A stretch of 63,806 bases of DNA from Octopus bimaculoides (taxonomy: Eukaryota): positions 64,472,588-64,536,393 of the forward strand of contig NC_068984.1 of assembly GCF_001194135.2 (NCBI RefSeq), written 5' to 3'. Of the stretch, positions 13,701 through 27,900 are shown in pieces. Positions within the stretch are counted from its first letter, which is position 1. Each line of letters begins with the position of its first letter. The notes beneath the pieces are model-generated. The model made no database searches and was not told the DNA's origin. It worked only from the letters and a program-made list of their open reading frames with translations. Made by a program: the position numbers and the translations under genes.

Positions 13701-15164
13701 NNNNNNNNNNNNNNNNNNNNNNNNNNNNNNNNNNNNNNNNNNNNNNNNNNNNNNNNNNNNNNNNNNNNNNNNNNNNNNNNNNNNNNNNNNNNNNNNNNNN
13801 NNNNNNNNNNNNNNNNNNNNNNNNNNNNNNNNNNNNNNNNNNNNNNNNNNNNNNNNNNNNNNNNNNNNNNNNNNNNNNNNNNNNNNNNNNNNNNNNNNNN
13901 NNNNNNNNNNNNNNNNNNNNNNNNNNNNNNNNNNNNNNNNNNNNNNNNNNNNNNNNNNNNNNNNNNNNNNNNNNNNNNNNNNNNNNNNNNNNNNNNNNNN
14001 NNNNNNNNNNNNNNNNNNNNNNNNNNNNNNNNNNNNNNNNNNNNNNNNNNNNNNNNNNNNNNNNNNNNNNNNNNNNNNNNNNNNNNNNNNNNNNNNNNNN
14101 NNNNNNNNNNNNNNNNNNNNNNNNNNNNNNNNNNNNNNNNNNNNNNNNNNNNNNNNNNNNNNNNNNNNNNNNNNNNNNNNNNNNNNNNNNNNNNNNNNNN
14201 NNNNNNNATATATATATATATATAATGAATTAATTGAAATCAAATACACTTCTGAAAGTAATTTTTTTTAATCAGATTTTTTTTTTTCAATTCAACAGTA
14301 TTGTATCCAAAGTTGGCATGTCAAAACAGAAAAAAAGTGGGGCGAGCCTGGACAGTTGATAGGCTACAGTAATTAAGAAGGAAAGATGTGTGATTTCATT
14401 CATTATCAAACTTCACAGAAAGTTCACGCACTCCGAAAAAAGTGTCGTTTGATGCTCATTTGACTTGCATCCCATTTCTACATCAACAACATTGTTTTAT
14501 ATATGTTGTGCATGGCTGAATGTATAGAGTCTTAAAGCTGTTTAATTTTCGTTTGTTATATTATCATTTATTAATGTTATTGTGTTGTACTTGTTCTTTA
14601 ATTATTTTTTTTAACGTACATAAATTGCCACCAGTGCAAATTGTACAAAAGATATATCCATCAGTGGTTTTATTATTATTATTATTTACATGTATGTGTG
14701 TAATTTTTTGCACGTTTGTTAAAGTTGGTCAAGTTTTAATCAGGAAAATTTGCTATATGATAAACTTGAAGTTGAAGGATTTCACAGTACCTCTCATACT
14801 TAGACAAACATTCATTTTAACCCTTTACAGAATTATGGGATATTTGATTCTTTTTTTTCAAGTCTTTCTTCCACCCGCTTACATATAAACCCTGTGTATA
14901 TATGTCTATGTATGGTAATATATGTGCACATATATACACATGTGTGTGTATGCATGTTTGTAAATATATGTGTATGTTTGTGTGTTTACAAATGAATCAA
15001 TATTAATACATATATAAATATACATAAGCCATGCGTACATCTGTGCCCTTATCTAAATATGCAAACATACCGATGTATACTTAATAAAACATCTATTATA
15101 TATGAGTATGTGAGAACATAAACGCCTAACTTTGTGTGTGAATATGTGTGCATGTATTTGTGTG

Positions 15165-15213
<49 letters not shown>

Positions 15214-15836
15214 TACACATTGATCTTTTAGGACATCTGATTCAAACAGTACCAATAATAATAATCACCAAATTGTTATATCTTAAGAAAGTACAGTAAT
15301 TAATTTCAATTCATTCAAGAAGTACTAATAACATTAAAACCTAACGAGGGATGACGGAAAGCAAGCAAAGGGCCAACAAAGCTGAACTAAATGTTTGGTG
15401 ACTTTTTATAGCATCCAACCAAGCAACAATAATTTTGTTATCACATACTGCATTGTGTCGCCGGATGAAATGAGATTTGATGAATTTTACAAAATTTAGT
15501 AGTATTTCCTTTCATACTAATATGGAAATTTTATCCAAAGAATAAATGCATTACATTTTATATATATATATATGAGGATACCTATAATGTTCTATATAGA
15601 TGTATATACATACATATGTGCATATAAAGCGAGATGCATATACAAGTATACATACGCACACATACATGTGTTTATATGTACGCAGTATATACAATTACAT
15701 ATATAAATAAACGTATGTAAATACATACATAAGACCCCACTCCACCCACACATATTATTTAGAACAGTTTGATTCGATCCCGTGCTACTTCAAAATTCGC
15801 AGGGCTTCCAGAAGGAACCTGCGAAATTTGAAGTTC

Positions 15837-15900
<64 letters not shown>

Positions 15901-16015
15901 NNNNNNNNNNNNNNNNNNNNNNNNNNNNNNNNNNNNNNNNNNNNNNNNNNNNNNNNNNNNNNNNNNNNNNNNNNNNNNNNNNNNNNNNNNNNNNNNNNNN
16001 NNNNNNNNNNNTGTG

Positions 16016-16062
<47 letters not shown>

Positions 16063-16242
16063 ATACACACGAAATATACGTGTGCAGACGCGAGCATGCC
16101 TCTCCCTTCCTACTCGCATGTTTTCGGGTTTAGTCGCACAACTCGGAACAATCCCTCTATAAAATAACATAAAAAAGCCTAGCAAATGGATCTGTTAATT
16201 TACAGACCATCACATGCACACATACGTATATTCATACATTAA

Positions 16243-16283
<41 letters not shown>

Positions 16284-18765
16284 CAGTTGTCGTATCCATT
16301 TCCATATCAGCTAACTCTGATGAGTGCAAGGTTATATAATCGGATTGTTACCTAACACTCCGTTGTATTCCTAGCGCGAAACCGATTAGTAAGATCAGCC
16401 GTGAGAGATATATAATACTGTACATTTCGGATAATATATATAGGGTCCATATGTCGCCACATACAATGACCCTTTCATTATCACTATTTTGTAAAAACAT
16501 GTCCGGCCATAAGGGTTTGTTACATCGCATAGCAACTATGAGATATTACACTTTAAAACGAAACTATATATATTTCATAAATGAGTGTATGTGTGTACAT
16601 ACATAAGTACATGCGCACACATGTATACACACATATATCTTCATTTGATGTGCGCACCGTGTATATATGAATGTGCACACATACACATATGTGTATGTAT
16701 GTGTATTTTTTTGTATGCATGTATTTATATATATGCATGTATGTATGTATATTTCAAAGACCTGCGTCCTTTTTCTTTCTTCCAAAAAGAGCAGTCATAT
16801 TGTATATTTGCGTCTGAAAGATTGCTTGGCAACACAATGCTTGAGAAATAAGCTCTTGCCAGTTTATTGTGTTTTCACCGCATGAAAGTAATAGTAGCTC
16901 GAATTTAAATACTGTGAATGTTAAATAGTATCTATCTCTCACTGGATGGAGTACTTTTTATCATGGTCCATCCAATAACAACAACAATTTGCATGTATAT
17001 ATGTATATATTTTTATATGCATATATATATGTGTGTATTTATACATGATCATATATCTGCGTTCAAAAGTATGTAAAAGTTTGTGTTTATATATTCCTGC
17101 TGCATATATATAAGTAAATATATTCCTGTATCTATGTTCATATATATGAAGAATAACTTTTCTTTTATACTTGTTTCATTAAATGCATGACTTTATTCAT
17201 GATTATCTTTTATATATGTTTTTTTTTTAATAATTTCGTATTAGTTTTTAACAATTGGTTTGGAACAACACAGTTCCTAAATTTATGTAACACGTATCTA
17301 GATCTTCACAAGTGTGTAGAACCTTGTGTTACGAACTTTAGTGTATGAAACAATCAGCAAAAATAGCTAATCAGAAATTACAAGCTATTCTGATACAGGA
17401 TAAAATTTCGTCGTGGTCTTGTATATTTAATGAAACGTGTGTATGTTTGCTTGTGTGTGAGTGTGTATGTGTGTTTAAGGAATGGAAAAAGCAGTTACAC
17501 ACTATATGTATTCCTAAACTACACGAAATTATGAATTGTCAAAACAATTTCATAACGATGACATACCTGTACATCATGTGATGACTGCCGCTTATAAAAT
17601 CGTTTGTTGCAATGAATTTTCCAAGAAATACCAGTTTCTGTAAACTGTTTGTCGCAATTATCGAAGAAATATGAGGTATTCATTTGCATTTCTGATAATT
17701 TCATTCTGAATAGCATGTCATTATATCAGGATTAACTTTAATTTTGGTATGGGACAATGCGTATTCGATATATTAATAAATTTTTACTGATAGGAAATCG
17801 CTTCCTTTGAATTTTCTATGCAAGCCGTGTATATGCTAGAAGCTAACCAGCTGTTTTGCCACGATCAACGGGATCATGCTACATTGATGTGTGTGTGTGT
17901 GTGTGTGTGTGTGTGTCAATACACAGATTGAAGCACTGACATAATCTTGATGTTCAGATGATCTGATGAGCTAGCCTTTATCTTTATTGATTTGTAAATG
18001 TGCCATTGTATTGTGCAGTGTCTAGAACGTATATTAGTGTAGAAATTTAAAATTATTTATTATACATGAAAGCTATTATTTACATTGATGACGGATTCGA
18101 AACGGCAGTAATCCTAAGAATAACAAGTGGCTAAATAAATATATTCACCTCTCATACCTCCCGATATCTTTGTACGGTTTATATACTCTCTATGAAATAA
18201 TATCATCGATTGGATCTTCTGGATTAAATCTGCAAATAATTCTGCATTATACTCTTCTGTGTTGGATTACTATAAGGGATGATAGCCGGGTAGACTACAG
18301 GAGTTTTCTGTGACAGCCACATGATTTTATCAATCCATATATCGCATACGCGTATATAAATGTATGTGTATACACGTTTATATATTGAGATAGGAACATA
18401 TATATGCATACGTGAGTGTGTGTGTGTGTGAGAGAGAGAGCGGTACATGTACATAAGAATGAATGTATCCATGTAAATAGTGTTATTTGCAACCTACTTC
18501 AAGACAAATCACAAAAATCTGGTAATGGGAGTTTAGATACTTTGAATAGTTTCAAAACTATTAAGGAGTCTCAACAAGTGCAAAAAACCTAGTTATTTTA
18601 CATACATACATACATACATATATATANNNNNNNNNNATATATATATAGTTATTTCATATACATACATATATATATATATATTTCGTATATATACATTTTA
18701 CATGCATAAACATACATTTATATATACGTTAATATATATCTGCAACTATATAACAAATGTATATA

Positions 18766-19156
18766 CTCTTTTACTTGTTTCAGTCATGTGACTGTGGCCC
18801 ATGCTGGAGCACCGCCTTTAGTCGAACAAATCGACCCCCAGGACTTATTCTTTGTAAGCCTAGTACTTATTCTATCGTTCTCTCTTGTCTAACCGCTAAG
18901 TTACGGGGACGTAAGCACACCAGCATCGGTTGTTGAGCGATGTTGAGGGGTGACAAACACAGACACACAAACATATACATACACATACATATGTATATAC
19001 ATATATACGACAGCCTTCTTTCAGTTTCCTACCAAATCCACTCACAAGGCTTTGGTCGGCCCGAGTGTATATTAGAAGACACTTGTCCAAGGTGCTACGC
19101 AGTGGAACTGAACCCGGAACCATGTGGTTCGTAAGCAAGCTACTTACCACACAGCC
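18766..19156 (-). mobile_element. SINE family B, full length
   Basis: tRNA-like head (reverse complement GGCTGTGTGGTAAGTAGCTTGC...GGTTCCGGGTTCAGTTCC), CORE-like CCTTGGACAAGTG, internal microsatellite and 3' module ending GAAACAAGTAAAAGAG. Confidence 0.9.
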
Positions 19157-19329
19157 ATATATATATTTGTGTATGTGTGTGCGCGAAAGTCTATTTTTTT
19201 ATGTATACATTTTTATGCATATATAAGTGAATATATATATGCGTATGAAAATCTATGTACTATGTATGTGTGTGTCTACACTTGTATGTATATATGTATG
19301 TATGCATGTATGTATGTATGTATGTAATA

Positions 19330-19535
19330 CAAATAATAAATGAGTATATGCATATATACGTACATGTATGTACATACCTACATCTACATGTATATATAGA
19401 TGCATATCTGGGTACAGGACGTTGCAAAAAAAGCGTGGACAAAATGATAAACACAGTACAGAAAACACACAGGCCACCTAGAGAACAATTCCTTCATCAG
19501 CTGCCACCATTCTAAAACTAAGCGTTTCCAAGATT
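19330..19535 (-). mobile_element. Family X repeat, inverted copy
   Basis: Reverse complement shares GAAACGCTTAG...GGCAGCTGATGAAGGAA...ACGTCCTGTACCCAGATATGCATCTATATATACATGTAGATGTAGG with 3800-4030. Confidence 0.7.
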
Positions 19536-19948
19536 TATGCATGTATGTATTCTTATGATCAAAAAGCTGCTTCACGGGTCAACGGTAAATTATTGAAGCA
19601 GATTTTCTCAAGTCGAATGCTGTTTCTATTGCTATTTCTTACCTCGTTCTAAGCAAGCAGCATTATCCCACATTGGGAACATACTTTCATAGAAGATCAA
19701 TAACACGCAATGCATCCTGTGTATCGATGATGAAGATGATTACTAACACGTTAAATCATAAAATATGGACTAAATCACATACACAAGTCTGCATACAACA
19801 ATAGCAAACGGGCACTATATATACAAATATCTCAACGTACGTTTGCACACATACAGTATATAGCCATTTAAATAAATTCAATATGTATATACATTGTACC
19901 ATTGGATATAGAAATTTATACACATTTGCATATACTACATATGTATAC

Positions 19949-19981
<33 letters not shown>

Positions 19982-19984
<3 letters not shown>

Positions 19985-20198
19985 TTTTATTCTTTTACTT
20001 GTTTCAGTCATTTGACAGTGGCCATGATGGAGCACCGCCTTTAATCTAGCAAATTGACCCCAGGACTTATTCTTTGTAAGCCTAGTACTTATTCTATCGG
20101 TTCCTTGTGCCGAAACGCGAGGTGATGTGGGTCGTAAACACACCAGCATCGGTTGTCAAGCGATGTTGGGGTGACAAACATATATATATACACACACA

Positions 20199-20239
<41 letters not shown>

Positions 20240-20402
20240 GAAGGGCTTCTTTCAGTTTCCCTCTACCAAATCCACTCACAAAGCTTTGAGCGGCCCGCAG
20301 CTCTAGTAGAAGACACTTGCCCAAGGTCTCACGCAGTTTGACTGAGCCCAGAATCATGTGGTTGATAAGCAAGCTACTTACCACACAGCCACTCTTACGC
20401 CT
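19982..20402 (-). mobile_element. SINE family B, full length
   Basis: Colinear with 18766-19156. Confidence 0.9.
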
Positions 20403-20609
20403 ATATACATATATATATATATATATATTTGTGATGTCCTGTACCCATGTATGTATGTATACATATAGATGTTGGTATGAACATATATGTATGGATATAT
20501 GCATATATTTATATATTATTTATAATATTATATATACGTAGACACACATACACACACATGTACACAGAAGTATGATTGGTGAAAATGCATGTTTATATAG
20601 AGATTAATG

Positions 20610-20650
<41 letters not shown>

Positions 20651-20673
20651 ATAGATATACACGCATGGACGCC

Positions 20674-20710
<37 letters not shown>

Positions 20711-20829
20711 TGTATAATACATATATGTATATATATATATATATAATGCCATATATAAAAGTATATATATATACATATACATACGTATATATACATTTAT
20801 ATATATACATATACTTAATATATATATAT

Positions 20830-21295
20830 CATCATCATCATCATCGTTTAACGTCCGCTTTCTATGCTAGCATGGGTTGGACGATTTGACTGACGTCTGG
20901 CAAGCAAGCCAGAAGGCTGCACCAGGCTCCAATCTGATCCGGCAGAGTTTCTACAGCTGGATGCCCTTCCTAACGCCAACCACTCCGAGAGTGTAGTGGG
21001 TGCTTTTACGTACCACCGGCACGATGGCCAGTCACACGGTACTAGCAACGGCTACGTTCAAAAAGGTGCTTTTACGTGCCACCTGCACGGGAGCCAGTCC
21101 AGCGGCACTGGCAACGACCTCACTCGAATGATTTTCTAACGTGCCACCTGCTCTAGTGCTAGAAGGCAACGCTGGTAACGATGACGCTCAAATGGTGCTA
21201 TTTACGGGCCACTAACACGGAAGCCAGACAGCTGCTCTGGCAATGAACATGCTCGACAGTGCTTTTAGTGCTCCACTGGCACAGGTGCCAGTCAT
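20830..21295 (-). mobile_element. RTE LINE 3' UTR (or RTE-tailed SINE) with (GAT)n tail
   Basis: (CAT)n then CGTTTAACGTCCGCTTTCTATGCTAGCATGGGTTGGACG, the reverse complement of the tail at 62340-62400. Confidence 0.85.
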
Positions 21296-21390
21296 CGAGT
21301 ATGGTTCAATTACGATTTCACTTATATATATACATAATATATATATATATTTATATATATATATATATATATAATGCCATATATATAATC

Positions 21391-21599
21391 TTTTCTACCC
21401 TTAGCACAAGGCCCGAATTTGGGGGGAGGGGCCAGTCGATTAGATCAACCGTCTTACGCAACTGGTACTTCAGTTATCGACCCTGGAAGGATGAAAGGCA
21501 AAGTCGACCTCAGCGAAATTTGAACTCAGATCATAAAGACAAACGAGATAGTACTAAGCATTTCACATGGTGTGCCAATGTTTCTGCCAGCTTGCTGCC
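21391..21599 (-). mobile_element. SINE family A
   Basis: TTATCGACCCTGGAAGGATGAAAGGCAAAGTCGACCTCAGCGAAATTTGAACTCAG is the reverse complement of the family A core and B-box. Confidence 0.85.
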
Positions 21600-24326
21600 G
21601 AGATAGGTTTCTATAACACACCTTGTCTCCAAGCAATCTCCAGGCATGTTATATATATTTATATACACATATATGTATATTGATTTTTGTATGTGTGTGT
21701 ATATATGTGTTTACATATATAAGTATATTTGTTTGTGTCTATATATAAATGATTGTATGTGTGTTTCTGCATATGTGTATGTACATATGTGAGTAAGTGC
21801 ACTGAGGCATATGTAGATACACATAGATATGTACATGTTTATACATATATGTACATGTGTGTATTCATGCACACTATACTCACCTTTTAGTACATGCCTA
21901 TAGAATTTTGTACCTATTTACTTTCCATTTGAAAGCTAATCCTGCAAATGCTAATCATAATATCGGATGTGATATACTCTAATTGCTGCACATAGTCACA
22001 CATGATTCAATTTATCCTTGTATTTCACTTGCAATAGTTTTTGCAGCAGTCTTACACACTGAACTATTGAAATATGTGACTAACTATAAATCATCAACTG
22101 GCTGTCAATATATTGTTTTATCTCGGTTGCATTATATTACAATATATTTTTGCTCCATTTCCTCGCAACTGATACAATTTGAAAATGTATGTTTACTATT
22201 TTCAGTATGTTTTAAACAAGTTATCTTTACAGTATAACTGTGGATGTTAACATTATATTTATTAGACAGGATTGTATTGTGTGTGCCCTAGCAGGTTTGA
22301 AGCTAACCTGAGGAACCTGAAACAACCATCTCCACAGAAATATTTTGTGCACCCTTGAAAACTTCATGTTTCTTGGCTGCACATTCCTGAAAACTTAAAA
22401 TTCAATAGATCACTGATACTAGGCAATGAATTATAATTCTTAAAGGGTGTAAATCAGCTGTTTTCTCAGTGTTTAACAAATAATGTTCACGTAACAATTC
22501 TTATCTTTGCAGGCACAAAAAATCTATTGTAACAAAACCGAAATGGTGGATTTTGATTTCTTACATATACAAAAGATTGCAGATTAAATAGTAAAACAGA
22601 AATAATATTTGTAATATTCATGTCTTGCCTAAGACCATTTCCAACATAAGTGAAGGGAAATGGTAATAATCTGGAATCATGATGTGGCGTTTTTACTTCC
22701 TGAAATTAACATATGTAACACCATAAAAATTTCAGAAATTTAAATATTTATACTGAGTGAGAAAACCATACTAATGAATTGTAACATTAAGAATGATTCC
22801 AAACATAATAGTAATTACCTTAGAACTCCTTAGTAGAGATAATAATGATATTGGTAGATAATAATCTAAACTATTGCTTAAACATATTTACTTACTTCTA
22901 TTAGGTGCAATATTTGCTACAAGATAGCGTAGATTTATAAGCAGAAATCTTTGTCAGCTTAGTCAGTAACCCTATAGATGAAACATGTGAGAATTTACCA
23001 AATGATATTGTGGAAGTGGAAGAGTTAAAGGAGAAAAGTATGAAAAGCTAAATAAATTTATTATACAATACAAATGGGAAAAAAAACAGCCAGCAACATA
23101 TCAAAAGTTTTAGGGATTTTTTCTTTTTTTTTTTTTTTTTCATCTTTATCCACAAAATACAATCCAAATTATTGTTATTATTGATAAATTCAGTTTCAGT
23201 TGACACATGATTTCACAGTCATTTGCTCATTTTTATCATATTTAGCTGTGAAACTGAAAAGTCAGTTTAACATACTCATACTCTCATATATATANNNNNN
23301 NNNNNNNNNNNNNNNNNNNNNNNNNNNNNNNNNNNNNNNNNNNNNNNNNNNNNNNNNNNNNNNNNNNNNNNNNNNNNNNNNNNNNNNNNNNNNNNNNNNN
23401 NNNNNNNNNNNNNNNNNNNNNNNNNNNNNNNNNNNNNNNNNNNNNNNNNNNNNNNNNNNNNNNNNNNNNNNNNNNNNNNNNNNNNNNNNNNNNNNNNNNN
23501 NNNNNNNNNNNNNNNNNNNNNNNNNNNNNNNNNNNNNNNNNNNNNNNNNNNNNNNNNNNNNNNNNNNNNNNNNNNNNNNNNNNNNNNNNNNNNNNNNNNN
23601 NNNNNNNNNNNNNNNNNNNNNNNNNNNNNNNNNNNNNNNNNNNNNNNNNNNNNNNNNNNNNNNNNNNNNNNNNNNNNNNNNNNNNNNNNNNNNNNNNNNN
23701 NNNNNNNNNNNNNNNNNNNNNNNNNNNNNNNNNNNNNNNNNNNNNNNNNNNNNNNNNNNNNNNNNNNNNNNNNNNNNNNNNNNNNNNNNNNNNNNNNNNN
23801 NNNNNNNNNNNNNNNNNNNNNNNNNNNNNNNNNNNNNNNNNNNNNNNNNNNNNNNNNNNNNNNNNNNNNNNNNNNNNNNNNNNNNNNNNNNNNNNNNNNN
23901 NNNNNNATAATGATAATATCTGTAGATAGAATTAATATCTCTCTTGGATGTAAGGCTCCTGCTTTGTAAGGGATGTTGGGGGGTGGGATTGGGTGGAATA
24001 TAATAGATTATTTTTTGTTTTTTTTTAGTTTCAGTAAATTGTTATCATTTGTCTTTGTATTTTATTTATGCAGCAGGGATGGAAAGAACTGTCTGTGGCT
24101 GAGATTTGACCAACCAGAAAAATCTGGTACCAAACTTGATATTGTGAACCATCAAGTTTAGCCCTATGTAACACCTGCAACAACTTTGAAATCTTAATAA
24201 ATAATGATGTTTGTAGTTAGTATCACAGTCATAATTTTATCTCTTTCCTGTATACTATTTTTGTTTAAATTAATATATTTATAATAACAATAATAATAAT
24301 GCATTGTTGTCATCACTATTAATGTT

Positions 24327-24455
24327 GAAGGTGGCAAAGTGGCAGATAGAATACCTGGAAGAATTAGTTCTAGCTCTCTGAGATCATATCCCACTAAGGT
24401 CAACTTTACATTTCATCTTTTTGGGGTAGATGAATTAAGTACTAATTTAGAGCAG
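24327..24455 (+). mobile_element. SINE family A, degenerate
   Basis: AAGGTGGCAAAGTGGCAG...AAGGTCAACTTTACATTTCATCTTTTTGGGGTAGATGAATTAAGTAC. Confidence 0.65.
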
Positions 24456-27139
24456 TAGATGAGTGGAAGTATTACAACACTAGACAACACACTTTGTGAT
24501 ATCTTTTCCACTTCTTTGCATTCTTAATTCAGTTTCCACTTGCCATCACCAGGCCCATCAAGGAAAGGTTAAAAGGGATAGGCTTCCAATGTCAAATAGT
24601 ACTACATCAGTAGGAGCAACATCTTGCTTGCATCAAATATACATGAATACAAAATGTAGGCCCTGCACTAGAAGGTAGGACAGAAAATAAAATTAATATA
24701 AGTGTTGGGTGTGATGGACATAGTTGTCAGAGTCAATCAGTCTTTAAAAACTGACACTGTGACCTGGTTTCAATTCCAAATAGTAGCCACATTCTATTAC
24801 ATGAATAACACGGCAGAGTGAGCAGTTTCCTCTACTTCCCCTTACTTCGCAAACCTGAGGCTTTTTGCCAATATAATACTAAAAAAATTCCTTTACAGTA
24901 GAGCTAAACTAATGCAATTTGAGAAAAGTATGAATTAATTCTGCATCTATACACTTCCTCTTCTTCTAGATGTAGGAAATTATGCCTAATTAAGAAAAGA
25001 CAATTATTTTAAAATTTATCTTTAATAATGTATCTATTCCTATTGTTTCCTTCTTTAATATATTTTCTTTCAAAATTTGCCAATAGTTAAATAACTACAG
25101 CTCATAAACTTTAAAAGGGAAATATAAAAAGAAAATTAGCAACATATTTTGGTGATTAACACAGCCTCTAGTCAGTGATTATTGTTCTAATTGTATTTGC
25201 TAGCCAAAGTAGTTTTTCTTTGAATTATATAATGAATCTAAAAGACAACATAATAAACTAAATAACTTAAATTTTTTGCAAATGAGGGCTTAATCATGCT
25301 TATCTATATAGTATGTCAATGCTTGTAAGGTCTCATATATATTTTATTTTACTAAAAATTAGTTTTGTCAAAAGGTTATTTTTTCTGTCTGTGTGCTTGT
25401 GTGACTTACATAGTACCTAATAATAATCTAGCTAATGAAGTAGCAATGCAAAAGGGATGAAACTCCAAAAGAATCCCTTACTCATCAAAAATTTGTTGTT
25501 TTAAATATATATANNNNNNNNNNNNNNNNNNNNNNNNNNNNNNNNNNNNNNNNNNNNNNNNNNNNNNNNNNNNNNNNNNNNNNNNNNNNNNNNNNNNNNN
25601 NNNNNNNNNNNNNNNNNNNNNNNNNNNNNNNNNNNNNNNNNNNNNNNNNNNNNNNNNNNNNNNNNNNNNNNNNNNNNNNNNNNNNNNNNNNNNNNNNNNN
25701 NNNNNNNNNNNNNNNNNNNNNNNNNNNNNNNNNNNNNNNNNNNNNNNNNNNNNNNNNNNNNNNNNNNNNNNNNNNNNNNNNNNNNNNNNNNNNNNNNNNN
25801 NNNNNNNNNNNNNNNNNNNNNNNNNNNNNNNNNNNNNNNNNNNNNNNNNNNNNNNNNNNNNNNNNNNNNNNNNNNNNNNNNNNNNNNNNNNNNNNNNNNN
25901 NNNNNNNNNNNNNNNNNNNNNNNNNNNNNNNNNNNNNNNNNNNNNNNNNNNNNNNCAAAGGAAGAGTTCTGGAAGGGAAAATTATTTAACTTCTTTTCCC
26001 CCAAAATTTTCTGTTTTCTTTTCATTTATTTTTTTTCTTTCTTTATTACTTTGTTATTATTTATTTTTTCTTGTTGTTGTTGTTCTTTTTCAAACAGTCA
26101 CATGATGGGAAAGGGTTTCAGTCCAGATCTGGAATGGAGAAGAGGCGAAGGAAGAGAAAGAAGAGGAGGAGAATATAGCTGCTTTGGGATTGTTTTGTTG
26201 CCATCTCTGCTTTTGTTTGTTTGGTTTTGGTTTCTGTTTTTTTTTTTTTTTTTCAAATATATTTCTTTATTTTTTCCAAAGCTCCCAGATAACTCTTTTT
26301 TTTTTCTCTCTGGATGACTTAGGGAAATTGGTTCATATATATTTGTTTCATAATTTGTTTTTTTCCTATATCTCCATATACCCATTTAGAAAATGGCATG
26401 TCAACATTTTTGTAATGCTTCTTTTGTTACCTGATATATATATACTTATATATATATATCCAACTGTAATAAGAAGAAGAATGAACAAAACAAATGTTAA
26501 TTGTGTCTTATTGGGCTATTTTTAAATAACAGGGAGTATGGAAATTTTTTTCCAGTTTTACACATTCAAATTTTATGGATATTCCTTAACTGAATTGTAC
26601 TTTCGATAGTAACTTGATTATTTGGTAATTTTTTCTTAAAATTTGAAAACTTATTGATATTACATTATTCACTAATCTTATAATTCATTCACATTTTTCT
26701 TTAACCTTTTTCTGTCATATAACAGACAATTAGATCAACCCATAGCTTAATTTTCTCATAGAGTTTTCAATATATTTAGTCAACTAATATATATTCAATA
26801 TATTTAGTCAAATAATATATATATTTCAACTACACATTTATCTTATCTTGCATTAATGAGAGCAGATCATATTAATATAATAATGATGCAGGATGTAATG
26901 AATTTTAAATATATTTTTACAACTTATTAACAAAGTATATATCAATTCAGTCATCACAATCAACAACATTGATATTATTATTCATTACAATAACAACTCT
27001 GAATTGAATATAAATAGGAGTATTCTAAACAACTATGAATAAATTAGTTTAAATATAACCCTTGGCAAATAATATAATTTTAAAATACGTACATATATAC
27101 AGGCATAAATACATGTTCAAACATACATATGCATTCTCA

Positions 27140-27900
<761 letters not shown>

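Noticed and set aside
16310-16400. CTGATGAG...GCGCGAAAC hammerhead-like motif
   Set aside because: Stem II is only 4 bp around a roughly 45-nt loop, stem III is 2 bp and stem I is poor; single copy.
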